The position numbers and the translations under genes are program-made. From contig JASFVE010000051.1 of the NCBI GenBank assembly GCA_050049995.1, positions 1 through 13,839 of the forward strand: a stretch of DNA of 13,839 nucleotides, written 5' to 3'. The notes beneath the pieces are model-generated. The model made no database searches, was not told the origin of the DNA, and was given only the letters and a program-made list of their open reading frames with translations. Every line of letters starts with the position of its first letter. The stretch's first letter is position 1. Positions 1 to 8,287 of this stretch are shown here, in pieces. This DNA comes from Chlamydiota bacterium (GTDB lineage Bacteria > Chlamydiota > Chlamydiia > Chlamydiales > SM23-39).

Positions 1-316
1 AGTATGCTATAAACATAATTACCATCAAAGGGAGGCAAATTAGTCTAGAGGCAAGTCCTACAATAAGAAAAGCACCTCCAACCATCTCAAAAAAGGCGAC
101 TAAAAAAGCACTAAAAAAGGGAAAGGGGATAGCTAAATTAGAGAAAATATCTGCCACCTTTGTAAGGTCAGCGAATTTCCCAAGCCCTGCTATTAGAAAC
201 TGAGCTCCCCATGTCAGCCGCATTAAAAGTAAAAAAATACTTTGAAGGTTTTCTCCTACTTTAATAGTTACCTGGTAAATCCAGGCGAGAAAATTAGCTA
301 AACTATTAGAAAACAT
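1..316 (-). CDS. DoxX-family membrane protein (partial, 3' end runs off window start)
   Basis: Not in the ORF track. Manual translation from ATG at 316: MFSNSLANFLAWIYQVTIKVGENLQSIFLLLMRLTWGAQFLIAGLGKFADLTKVADIFSNLAIPFPFFSAFLVAFFEMVGGAFLIVGLASRLICLPLMVIMFIAY. It has the DoxX pattern (LLxR...F...GxxK...ExxGG.xLxxGLxxR) and SD-like AAGGGAG upstream. Confidence 0.85.
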   Translation of the reverse strand, partial: MFSNSLANFLAWIYQVTIKVGENLQSIFLLLMRLTWGAQFLIAGLGKFADLTKVADIFSNLAIPFPFFSAFLVAFFEMVGGAFLIVGLASRLICLPLMVIMFIAY

Positions 317-363
317 GAATTAACTCCCTTTTAAAAAAATATTTACTATCCATTGAAATGGAG

Positions 364-393
364 AATTAAATCAATAATTTATTGAATTTAATT
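364..393. repeat. Imperfect 30-bp inverted repeat, possible operator
   Basis: AATTAAA TCAATAA T TTATTGA A TTTAATT: perfect 7-1-7 core (371-385) plus 7-bp outer arms with one bulge. The region is very AT-rich, so chance is possible. Confidence 0.4.
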
Positions 394-443
394 AATTTTT
401 TGTTGTAAAATTACTTTGAAAAAAATAATTAAATCTAAATTAT

Positions 444-734
444 ATGGTTAAGTTATCCATTTTCCCACAATTTCAAGTAGATACTCTTTTTCAGAGCCCT
501 GTATTACTTTTTTTAGATGCAAAACTAATTAATAATGTCGTTTCAGGTATTTTGAAGAGTTCCTTAGGTCATATAACCAATGAAAGGACGCATCAAAATA
601 GAAAAGATCATAGTGAAAGATCTTATAAACTTTTTATTAGAAAAGATTATTTGCAAAAAGTAATTCACGCTGTTCAGTTAGGGCAGGTTGAAATTCTAAG
701 AACAACAAGAAGTATTATTGCTTCTAAAACTTGA
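444..734 (+). CDS. Hypothetical orphan ORF, 96 aa (uncertain)
   Basis: Open frame fills an otherwise ~480-bp gap. No recognisable motif and no clear SD. TTGAAT-18-TAAAAT (382-411) lies upstream. Confidence 0.4.
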   Translation: MVKLSIFPQFQVDTLFQSPVLLFLDAKLINNVVSGILKSSLGHITNERTHQNRKDHSERSYKLFIRKDYLQKVIHAVQLGQVEILRTTRSIIASKT

Positions 735-759
735 TTAATTCTGTCTATTTGCTTAGGCT
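731..759 (+). promoter_or_regulatory. Putative sigma66/70 promoter of pgsA
   Basis: TTGATT (731-736), 17-bp spacer, TAGGCT (754-759); SD AAGGGAG at 779-785 before GTG 796. Confidence 0.4.
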
Positions 760-795
760 TCTCCAATAAAAACAGCTTAAGGGAGATCTATTGTT

Positions 796-1386
796 GTGAG
801 CGTTGCCCATTATTTTACTATTTTGAGGATCTTGCTTATTCCTTTTTTTTCTATTTTTTACTTATATCCCCAAGCAGTGGGAATAAGTGCTGAGTATCTT
901 CCTATCGTCTTAATGATAATTTTAGGTATTTGTGAGTTTTCAGACTTATTTGATGGGTTTGTAGCAAGAAAAAAAAATCAGGTAACAGACCTGGGAAAAG
1001 TAATGGATCCAATGGCAGACAGCATTACTCGGATTACTGTTTTTTTCACTTTTACGCAAGGGATTGTTAAGCTGCCACTTTTGCTTGTTCTTGTTTTTAT
1101 TTATAGAGAGTTCATTGTAAACACGCTGAGAACTTTATGCGCTTTAAAGGGGTTTGCTTTAGCTGCAAGGCGCTCTGGTAAAGTGAAGGCCGTTTTGCAA
1201 GCAGCTTCCATGTTCTTTATTTTAACTTTAATGATTCTTTTCAACTCTCATGTCATAGGGATAGATGACTTGCAAAATTTAAGTTTTATTGCTGTTGCCA
1301 TTGTTGCAGGGTATACAGTCTTGTCAGCGATTGATTATTTTTATGCCAATCGAAATTATATTAAAAAGGCTCTAGCAAAGAACTAA
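796..1386 (+). CDS. pgsA: CDP-diacylglycerol--glycerol-3-phosphate 3-phosphatidyltransferase
   Basis: CDP-alcohol phosphotransferase motif DLFDGFVAR..NQVTDLGKVMDPMAD, hydrophobic profile, GTG start with SD. Confidence 0.92.
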   Translation: MSVAHYFTILRILLIPFFSIFYLYPQAVGISAEYLPIVLMIILGICEFSDLFDGFVARKKNQVTDLGKVMDPMADSITRITVFFTFTQGIVKLPLLLVLVFIYREFIVNTLRTLCALKGFALAARRSGKVKAVLQAASMFFILTLMILFNSHVIGIDDLQNLSFIAVAIVAGYTVLSAIDYFYANRNYIKKALAKN

Positions 1387-2861
1387 TTTTTAAGAGTAAA
1401 TAGATCTAAATACTCTTTAGTAGGTTCCGTCCAGCTGTGATCTAATTCTAGGTTTTTATAAGCTATATATTTAGCTTTATTGTTTTTAAAGTCGCTGAAA
1501 GCCTTTTTTAGGCTTTCATAAAGATCGCTTGTATCATCTTTTTCAAAAACATAGCCATTTCTAGCTTTTTCAGGGACGCTTTTATCCTCGACATCAAAAA
1601 CAGTATCAGCAAGGCCTCCAGTTTTTCTAACAATAGGTATGGTTGCGTATCTCATTGCTATTAATTGAGTAAGTCCACATGGCTCAAATTTAGAGGGAAT
1701 AATAATAAAATCAGCTCCAGCAAACATTTTTCTAGCCAGCGGTTCGTTATAGTCAAAGTGAAAGTGCATATTTTTATTGTCGCTGTACATTTTTTTTAAC
1801 TCATCAAACTTCTTTTGCGTGTCTTTTTCTGGAGATGATCCACATAAGACAAACTGACCGCCAGAGTTTATTACGTAAGAAATAGCTTCTTTAATGAGTT
1901 CAGGACCTTTTTGCCAAACAAGTCTTCCAATAGAAATAAATAGAGGTTTCATGGAGTCAGGGGTTAGTCCTAACTCACTTTGTAAGTTTTTTTTATTGAT
2001 AAGCTTTGCTTCATGTAGTTCTTTTTCAGTGTTTCTGGGGGAAAAATGACCTTTTAAGTAAGTGTCTTTTTCAGGATTCCATTCTTCGTAATCAAGGCCA
2101 TTTACGATGCCAAAAAGCTTATCTTTGTTGTCCTTTAATACCCTTTCAAGTCCAAAGGCGCCCTCTTTTTGTACAACTTCTTGAGCATAAGATTTAGAAA
2201 CAGTTGTAACGACATCCGAATAGACAATTGCTCCCTTTAAAAGATTTAACAGCCCAGGGTCTTCAGAGTTTTCATCTTGCAATAACTCCTTATTTAAATA
2301 TTTTTTTGCATCTAATCCAATGTTTCTAAGGTTTTGCTGAGAGCATTTTCCTTGATGTTGAAAGTTGTGAACTGTAAAGACCATTTTTTCAACAGCCATA
2401 TTGTGAGACTGCAAAATATCTTTATATAGAATAGGGCAGATCGCCGTGTGCCAATCATGTAAATGCAAAACATCTATAGTTTTTTTTTCATTTAATAGAA
2501 AATCCATGGCAGCCTTAGAAAAATAAAGAAAACGAGCTATGTCATCTTGATATCCATAAATATTTTCTCTAGAAAAATACCGGTCAGGATGATGGTCTTC
2601 TATGAATATAAGATGCACTCGGTCTTGTATAACTTCCCAGATCGTATTGTTATGCCACTGATTTTTTTCATAGGTGACAATAGGTTTTTTTTTATTTCTT
2701 ACATGGGGGATTTTTTCTTTAATCCAAGGGAAAAAAGGTAAGATTACAGTAACATCTTGACCTTGCTTCGCAAGCTCCATACTTAGCCCATGAACAACAT
2801 CTGCAAGGCCACCTGCCTTGATAATTGGTGCGAATTCTGCAGATATTTCAACGATATTCAT
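1383..2861 (-). CDS. glgA: Glycogen synthase
   Basis: KAGGLADV, HLHDWHT, GIVNGLD, QKGPEL and PSKFEPCGLTQL motifs. Start moved to ATG 2861 (MNIVEISAEFAP), the typical GlgA N-terminus. Confidence 0.96.
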   Translation of the reverse strand: MNIVEISAEFAPIIKAGGLADVVHGLSMELAKQGQDVTVILPFFPWIKEKIPHVRNKKKPIVTYEKNQWHNNTIWEVIQDRVHLIFIEDHHPDRYFSRENIYGYQDDIARFLYFSKAAMDFLLNEKKTIDVLHLHDWHTAICPILYKDILQSHNMAVEKMVFTVHNFQHQGKCSQQNLRNIGLDAKKYLNKELLQDENSEDPGLLNLLKGAIVYSDVVTTVSKSYAQEVVQKEGAFGLERVLKDNKDKLFGIVNGLDYEEWNPEKDTYLKGHFSPRNTEKELHEAKLINKKNLQSELGLTPDSMKPLFISIGRLVWQKGPELIKEAISYVINSGGQFVLCGSSPEKDTQKKFDELKKMYSDNKNMHFHFDYNEPLARKMFAGADFIIIPSKFEPCGLTQLIAMRYATIPIVRKTGGLADTVFDVEDKSVPEKARNGYVFEKDDTSDLYESLKKAFSDFKNNKAKYIAYKNLELDHSWTEPTKEYLDLFTLKN

Positions 2862-2924
2862 GTAAAAATTTTTAGCCGTTTTCCTATATAAATATCCTAT
2901 TTTTGAATAATCTTGAAGGGGTTC

Positions 2925-2954
2925 TTGCAAATAATTCTGTTACTTGGATAAGAT
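2925..2954 (+). promoter_or_regulatory. Putative promoter of the tRNA-Gln/prs/ribosomal protein transcript
   Basis: TTGCAA (2925-2930), 18-bp spacer, TAAGAT (2949-2954), about 30 nt upstream of the tRNA. Confidence 0.35.
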
Positions 2955-2986
2955 ACTTTGTTTAAATTCAATAATTGATTGATCGA

Positions 2987-3058
2987 TGGGGTGTAGCCAA
3001 GGGGTAAGGCAGCGGTTTTTGGTATCGCCATTCGGAGGTTCGAATCCTTCCACCCCAG
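2987..3058 (+). tRNA. tRNA-Gln (anticodon TTG), CCA not encoded
   Basis: Acceptor stem TGGGGTG/CACCCCA, D-arm GCC..GGC, anticodon stem GCGGT/ATCGC with loop TT-TTG-GT, T-arm GGAGG-TTCGAAT-CCTTC, discriminator G; U1:A72 pair typical of bacterial tRNA-Gln. Confidence 0.97.
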
Positions 3059-3081
3059 ATTTGAACAATCCGCGCACACAT

Positions 3082-4014
3082 ATGAGTGACAATAATTCTT
3101 TTTATATCTTTTCTGGAACTTCTCATAAAATCTTGGCAGAAGAGCTTTCGCATGTTACTGGAAGAGACTTAGGGAAAATTCGCATAGAATCTTTTCCAGA
3201 TGGTGAAATAGGGGTCCAGATTCATAATAACGTGCGGGGAAAAGATGTATTTGTCTTACAAAGTATTTCTAAACGGCCCAATGATTACTTAATGGAGCTT
3301 CTCATTATTGTTGATGCTTTAAAAAGAGCATCGGCTAAAAGCATTGTGGCAGTGATCCCTTATTTTGGCTATGCAAGACAGGATAGAAAAGATCAGGGAC
3401 GTGTTCCTATTACAGCCAAATTAGTTGCCAATCTTCTTGAGACAGCTGGAGTGACTCGCGTTCTTTCGATGGATTTACATACCCCTCAAATTCAAGGTTT
3501 TTTTGATATTCCTGTAGATGATTTGTCAGGCCGCCCTCTTTTAATCAAAGCTATTAAGGATCTAGATCTTAGGGATTTAGTTGTGGTCTCTCCTGATCTG
3601 GGAAGTAATAAAATGGCTAGAAAATATGCGGAAGAGCTTGGTGTTGAAATTGCTATTGTAGATAAAAGAAGGATTAGTGCAGATAAAGTAGAGCAGGGGG
3701 CGTTAATAGGAGATGTTAAAGAAAAAAATGTCATCATTGTGGATGATATTTGTTCTACAGGCGGAACGCTAAAAGTGGCTGCTGAAGTCTGCGTTAAATA
3801 TGGTGCAAAAAAAGTCTTTGCGGCTGTGACTCATAATTTTGCGGATGCTTCATTGTTAGAAAACAGTTATATTGAAAAAATGTTTACTACGAATTCTATC
3901 CCACAAAGACAAAAAGAAAATAATAAAATAAAGGTTGTATCAGTGGCTCATCATTTTTGGCGAGCAATTGAGTGCGTTTTAAATGCAAAATCGATATCAT
4001 CTTTATATCGATAA
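3082..4014 (+). CDS. prs: Ribose-phosphate pyrophosphokinase
   Basis: FPDGEI, PYFGYARQDRK, MDLH..QIQGFF and VDDICSTGGTL motifs. Start moved to ATG 3082 because the ORF-track start lies on the tRNA. Confidence 0.96.
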   Translation: MSDNNSFYIFSGTSHKILAEELSHVTGRDLGKIRIESFPDGEIGVQIHNNVRGKDVFVLQSISKRPNDYLMELLIIVDALKRASAKSIVAVIPYFGYARQDRKDQGRVPITAKLVANLLETAGVTRVLSMDLHTPQIQGFFDIPVDDLSGRPLLIKAIKDLDLRDLVVVSPDLGSNKMARKYAEELGVEIAIVDKRRISADKVEQGALIGDVKEKNVIIVDDICSTGGTLKVAAEVCVKYGAKKVFAAVTHNFADASLLENSYIEKMFTTNSIPQRQKENNKIKVVSVAHHFWRAIECVLNAKSISSLYR

Positions 4015-4034
4015 AAAAAAAGGATTAATTAAAA

Positions 4035-4592
4035 ATGAAACTTTCAGTTTTTAAGCGAGAAGGAAATGCTAAGAGCGTAATTAAAAAATTACGTAGACAA
4101 GGAGACATTCCTGCCATCATTTATGGTCCAAAGGTTGATAGTGAAAAAGTTTTTTTGAAAGGACCAGAGTTTGAAGCACTTTTAAGAAAGTTAGAAGCAG
4201 GAAGCCTTGGCTCAACTTTGTTTTCATTATCATTAGAGAATAAAGAGCATAAAGCTGTTGTAAAGGATATTCATTATGATATCACTTCCTATAAACCAAT
4301 TCATGTTGATTTTGAAATCACCAGTGAAGATTTACCAGTTAATGTAAGTGTACCTATTGAGTTGGTGGGAAAAGAAGAGTGTCAAGGGGTGAAGCTAGGT
4401 GGCGTTTTAAGACCTGTAATTAGATTCATCAAAGTTAGATGCTTACCTAAAGATATCCCATCTAAATTTTCTTTAGATGTAAAAAATTTAGTGATTGGCC
4501 AATCATTGAAACTTTCTGATATTGATATTCCAGAAAATGTTAGGCCTCTAGCCCGTATGAATGAAGTTGCTGTAGCTGTAGCTAAGCGGTAA
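4035..4592 (+). CDS. rplY: 50S ribosomal protein L25/general stress protein Ctc
   Basis: LRRQGDIPAIIYG, IHVDF, GVKLGG motifs; prs-rplY-pth synteny. Confidence 0.96.
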   Translation: MKLSVFKREGNAKSVIKKLRRQGDIPAIIYGPKVDSEKVFLKGPEFEALLRKLEAGSLGSTLFSLSLENKEHKAVVKDIHYDITSYKPIHVDFEITSEDLPVNVSVPIELVGKEECQGVKLGGVLRPVIRFIKVRCLPKDIPSKFSLDVKNLVIGQSLKLSDIDIPENVRPLARMNEVAVAVAKR

Positions 4593-4594
4593 CC

Positions 4595-5194
4595 ATGTCT
4601 GATGCCTTTCTGATAGTCGGGTTAGGAAATCCCGGTCTTTCTTATGAGGGAACAAGACATAATATTGGCTTTGATTTAGTAGATTTACTCGCGAAGGAAC
4701 TTAATATTTCTTTTCGAGAAAAAAAGAAGTTAGAAGGGTATGTAGCCCATACTAGCTTTGCTGGTAAGCAGTTGGTTTTACTGAAACCAACTACTTACAT
4801 GAATTTAAGTGGAAGCTCCGTAAAAAAGTGTGCAAGATACTATAGAATCCCTTCATCGCAGATTTTAGTTCTCGTTGATGATGTTGATTTGCCACTTGGT
4901 GAAATGCGAATTAAAGAAAAAAGTGGAGCTGGAACCCATAATGGCCTTAAAAGTGTAGAGTATTATTTAAACTCTAAAGATTATTTAAGGCTTAGAATTG
5001 GCATTGGGGATTCTAAACAAATGAAATTAGATGAATTTGTTTTAAAACCTTTTTCACCAGAAGAAAAAGACATTATTGATGACGTATTAGTAAAGGGGCT
5101 TAAAGCAATAGAAATCTGGTTGAAGCAAGGAATAATTGAGGCAATGAATTTTGCCAATAAACGAGTTAAAAAGAATTTAGGTGAAGTAAAATGA
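4595..5194 (+). CDS. pth: Peptidyl-tRNA hydrolase
   Basis: LIVGLGNPG..Y..TRHNIGF, KPTTYMNLSG, HNGLKS, RLRIGIG motifs. Confidence 0.97.
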   Translation: MSDAFLIVGLGNPGLSYEGTRHNIGFDLVDLLAKELNISFREKKKLEGYVAHTSFAGKQLVLLKPTTYMNLSGSSVKKCARYYRIPSSQILVLVDDVDLPLGEMRIKEKSGAGTHNGLKSVEYYLNSKDYLRLRIGIGDSKQMKLDEFVLKPFSPEEKDIIDDVLVKGLKAIEIWLKQGIIEAMNFANKRVKKNLGEVK

Positions 5195-5532
5195 AAAAAC
5201 TAAGAAAGCATCTTTACGAAGGGATGTATATCCTAAATGCGACCTTAAGTGACGAGTCGCGTAAAAAAGCTTTAGATAAAATTTTAAACGGCATCACTGA
5301 AAAAGGTGGCGAAATTAATAAAATTCATGATCAAGGCAGAAAAAAGCTAGCATATGAGATTCATGGTAAAAGAGAAGGATATTATTATTTAATATACTTT
5401 ACTTGCCCATCTCTTGCTATGGAAGAAATTTGGAAAGAGTATCATCTTCATGAAGATCTTTTAAGATTTATGACTCTGCGAGCTGATTTTGTTCGTGAAG
5501 ATCTTGAATTTAAACCATTAAAACAAGCTTAA
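5191..5532 (+). CDS. rpsF: 30S ribosomal protein S6
   Basis: [26 protein letters not shown] motifs; ATGA overlap with the pth stop. Confidence 0.96.
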   Translation: MKKLRKHLYEGMYILNATLSDESRKKALDKILNGITEKGGEINKIHDQGRKKLAYEIHGKREGYYYLIYFTCPSLAMEEIWKEYHLHEDLLRFMTLRADFVREDLEFKPLKQA

Positions 5533-5542
5533 AGAGGGAATT

Positions 5543-5785
5543 ATGGCTAGAAATGAATCAGGACTGGTCTTTGCAAAAAAGAAAAAAGCCTGTCCTTTCA
5601 AAGCTTCAGGCTTTAAAGAGATTGACTATAAAGATATAGAAACACTTAAACAGTTTATCACGGAAAGAGGTAAAATTTTACCACGTAGAATTACTGGAGT
5701 ATCTTACTATTTCCAAAGAAAACTTAAAAAAGCTATCAAACGAGCAAGATATATTGCTTTATTACCGTTTGTTGCAGAAGAGTAA
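5543..5785 (+). CDS. rpsR: 30S ribosomal protein S18
   Basis: [26 protein letters not shown] and [13 protein letters not shown] motifs. Confidence 0.98.
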   Translation: MARNESGLVFAKKKKACPFKASGFKEIDYKDIETLKQFITERGKILPRRITGVSYYFQRKLKKAIKRARYIALLPFVAEE

Positions 5786-5804
5786 AGAGATTCAGGAGAC
5801 AACC

Positions 5805-6407
5805 ATGAGACAACAATTGCTGCTTATTCAAGACGTAGATGACTTGGGACGAAGCGGAGACTTAGTAAACGTAAAAGCAGGCTTTGCCAGAAATTACTTG
5901 CTACCACAAAAAATGGCTGTTAGAGCTGATAAAAATACTTTAAGAATGCAAGAAAGGCTACAAGCTGAAAGAAAAAAACAAGCTGAGATTGATAGAAAAG
6001 AATCAGAGAAATTTGCAGCTCAACTTGACTCTATTACATTAAAAATTGATGTTAAAGTTGATCCTGAAGGTCATATGTATGGCTCAGTCAATGCAAATGA
6101 TATAGTAGAGCTTCTAAAAGAAGAGGGAATTAGCTTGGATAAAAAACAAGTTCAAGTTAAAAAACCTATCAAGGCAACTGGTACACATTCTATTGCTATT
6201 AAGCTTAAAGAAGAAGTAGATGCTAAAGTTACTTTAAAAATTATTCCTGAAGGAGTAATTGAAGCTGAAGTTGATGAAGTGGTAGTAAAACCTGTCGATA
6301 CAGCTGAAATTAGCGCTACTGAAGAAAATTTAGAGCCTCCAAAATCGGAAGACAAGTGGACCGAACAAGAGAAAAAAGAAGTGAACGAAGCGTCCAAAGA
6401 AGTTTAA
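5805..6407 (+). CDS. rplI: 50S ribosomal protein L9 with acidic C-terminal extension
   Basis: LGRSGDLVNVKAGFARNYLLP and GHMYGSV motifs. Start moved to ATG 5805 (SD CAGGAG upstream), giving 200 aa. Confidence 0.96.
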   Translation: MRQQLLLIQDVDDLGRSGDLVNVKAGFARNYLLPQKMAVRADKNTLRMQERLQAERKKQAEIDRKESEKFAAQLDSITLKIDVKVDPEGHMYGSVNANDIVELLKEEGISLDKKQVQVKKPIKATGTHSIAIKLKEEVDAKVTLKIIPEGVIEAEVDEVVVKPVDTAEISATEENLEPPKSEDKWTEQEKKEVNEASKEV

Positions 6408-7198
6408 CTTTTTTTTCTCCCGCTAAGTTAAATCTTTTTTTTCGAATATTAGGCAAAAGAAGCGATGGATATCATGAAATCGCTTCTATTTATCAAGCCA
6501 TCAACTTATTTGATACACTTACTATTAAAGTGTCATCAGAAGATCAATTTACCTGCTCAAATTCAAGTATAGCTCCCTCAGACAACTTAGTTATAAAAGC
6601 TCTTAATCTTTTTAGAGAAAAAACAAATATATTAGACAAGGTTTCTATTCATTTAGAAAAACATATTCCTATTGGAGCCGGCTTAGGTGGTGGGAGCTCT
6701 AATGTAGCAACTTGCCTTTGGGCTTTAAAAACCTTATTTGCAGCTCCTTTAAAAGCTACAACATTGATGAATTGGGGTTCAGAAATTGGCTCTGATGTCC
6801 CTTTTTTCTTTGCTAGAGGAGCAGCCGTTTGTAAAGGAAGGGGAGAGAAAGTTGAAGATATAGTTCTTCCCGATTTCAAGGGATATGTTATCTCTCCTGA
6901 TGTGCATGTATCAACTGTATCTGTTTATCAAAATGTAGATATGAAACAAGTATCTGATACGCCAGTTGAGAGCCTGATTCATTCTTTTAAAATAAGAGAG
7001 CCGATTTTTATAAATGATTTAGAGCATGCGGCATTTCAAGTAGAGCCGTCACTACAAGAAATAAAATTCAACTATCATTTAACAGGAAGCGGCTCTTGCT
7101 TTTTTAGTTTAAAAGCTCCTAAAAACCTGCCTTCATCTTGCAAACTCTTTCCCGTAAAGTCTGTTACTCGATCACATACTAATTGGTATTGCCAATAG
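6356..7198 (+). CDS. ispE: 4-diphosphocytidyl-2-C-methyl-D-erythritol kinase
   Basis: SPAKLNL...GKRSDGYHEI, KHIPIGAGLGGGSSN, IGSDVPFF, NDLE, TGSGS motifs. GTG 6356 is the last standard start before the conserved core. Confidence 0.95.
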   Translation: MDRTREKRSERSVQRSLTFFSPAKLNLFFRILGKRSDGYHEIASIYQAINLFDTLTIKVSSEDQFTCSNSSIAPSDNLVIKALNLFREKTNILDKVSIHLEKHIPIGAGLGGGSSNVATCLWALKTLFAAPLKATTLMNWGSEIGSDVPFFFARGAAVCKGRGEKVEDIVLPDFKGYVISPDVHVSTVSVYQNVDMKQVSDTPVESLIHSFKIREPIFINDLEHAAFQVEPSLQEIKFNYHLTGSGSCFFSLKAPKNLPSSCKLFPVKSVTRSHTNWYCQ

Positions 7199-7282
7199 TT
7201 ATCCTGCATCTTCTAGTAATAAAGAGTTCTTAACCAAATTCTTAATATCAGATATATTGTCTTTTAAAATGAAGGTGCAAAA

Positions 7283-8287
7283 ATGAAGCAAGATCAAATC
7301 TTTACAGATCAATATATTGTAGTTACAGGCGCTGCGGGATTTATCGGATCCGGTGTGGTTCGTCATTTAAATGACCAAGGTTTAGAAAACTTAATTCTTG
7401 TTGATGACTTTAAAGATTCCAGCAAATGGAAAAATTTACTGGGAAAAAAGTTTGTAGACATTATCTCAAAACATAAACTTTTTGATTGGCTAGAAGGAAG
7501 AGAAAGTGAAATTGAAGCTTTCATCCATTTAGGAGCCTGCTCATCGACAGTAGAGGCAGATGCAGATTTTCTTATGGAAAACAATTATCGTTACTCTCTT
7601 CGTCTAGCAGAATATGCTCTAAAAAATGAACACCGCTTTATTTATGCGTCATCTGCGGCAACTTATGGAAAAGGAGAAAATGGATTTAAAGATGAGCACA
7701 GTATTTTAGATGACCTACGACCTTTAAATGCTTATGGATATTCCAAACACCTTTTTGATATTTGGCTTGCAAGACAAAAGGTGCTAGATAAAGTAATTGG
7801 ATTAAAATATTTTAACGTATTTGGCCCTAATGAATACCATAAGGGGCGAATGGCCTCGATGGTTTATCACATATTCAACACCATTCAAAAGGAAGGGTGG
7901 ATAGGCTTATTCAAGTCTTCTGAGCCTGAAAAATATAAAGATGGTGATCAGGTAAGAGATTTTATTTATGTAAAAGATGCTGTTCGCATGACCTGCAATA
8001 TGTTAGATAAAGCGTTCAAGGATGTTACTGGTATTTACAATGTAGGAAGAGGAGAGACAGTTACTTGGAATAAAATTGCAGAAGCTGTTTTTCATGCTCT
8101 AGATAAAAAAGTAGATATTCGTTATATCGACATGCCAAAAGACTTAGAAGGTCAGTATCAGAATTTTACTTTAGCTGACATGTCAAAGTATGCAACTGTG
8201 CAAGGTCATAAGCTGCAAACAGCTCCTATCGAAGAGTCGATAAGAGAATATGTGCAAGAATATTTAATACCGGGAAAAAGATGGTAA
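7283..8287 (+). CDS. hldD: ADP-L-glycero-D-manno-heptose 6-epimerase
   Basis: VTGAAGFIGS, HLGACSST, YASSAATYG, PLNAYGYSK and YFNVFGPNEYHKGRMAS motifs typical of HldD/RfaD. Confidence 0.93.
   Translation: MKQDQIFTDQYIVVTGAAGFIGSGVVRHLNDQGLENLILVDDFKDSSKWKNLLGKKFVDIISKHKLFDWLEGRESEIEAFIHLGACSSTVEADADFLMENNYRYSLRLAEYALKNEHRFIYASSAATYGKGENGFKDEHSILDDLRPLNAYGYSKHLFDIWLARQKVLDKVIGLKYFNVFGPNEYHKGRMASMVYHIFNTIQKEGWIGLFKSSEPEKYKDGDQVRDFIYVKDAVRMTCNMLDKAFKDVTGIYNVGRGETVTWNKIAEAVFHALDKKVDIRYIDMPKDLEGQYQNFTLADMSKYATVQGHKLQTAPIEESIREYVQEYLIPGKRW

Noticed and set aside
2862..2930. Extended glgA N-terminus (and rplI 5754-5804)
   Set aside because: Family-typical N-termini begin at 2861 and 5805; the extensions run into promoter DNA or rpsR.
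2986..3081. N-terminal extension of the prs ORF and minus-strand ORFs 2897-3079 and 2968-3153
   Set aside because: They overlap tRNA-Gln; these are translations of the tRNA, and prs starts at 3082.
3040..3081. tRNA-Gln as an island integration site
   Set aside because: prs follows within 23 nt and I saw no duplicated tRNA 3' end in the window.
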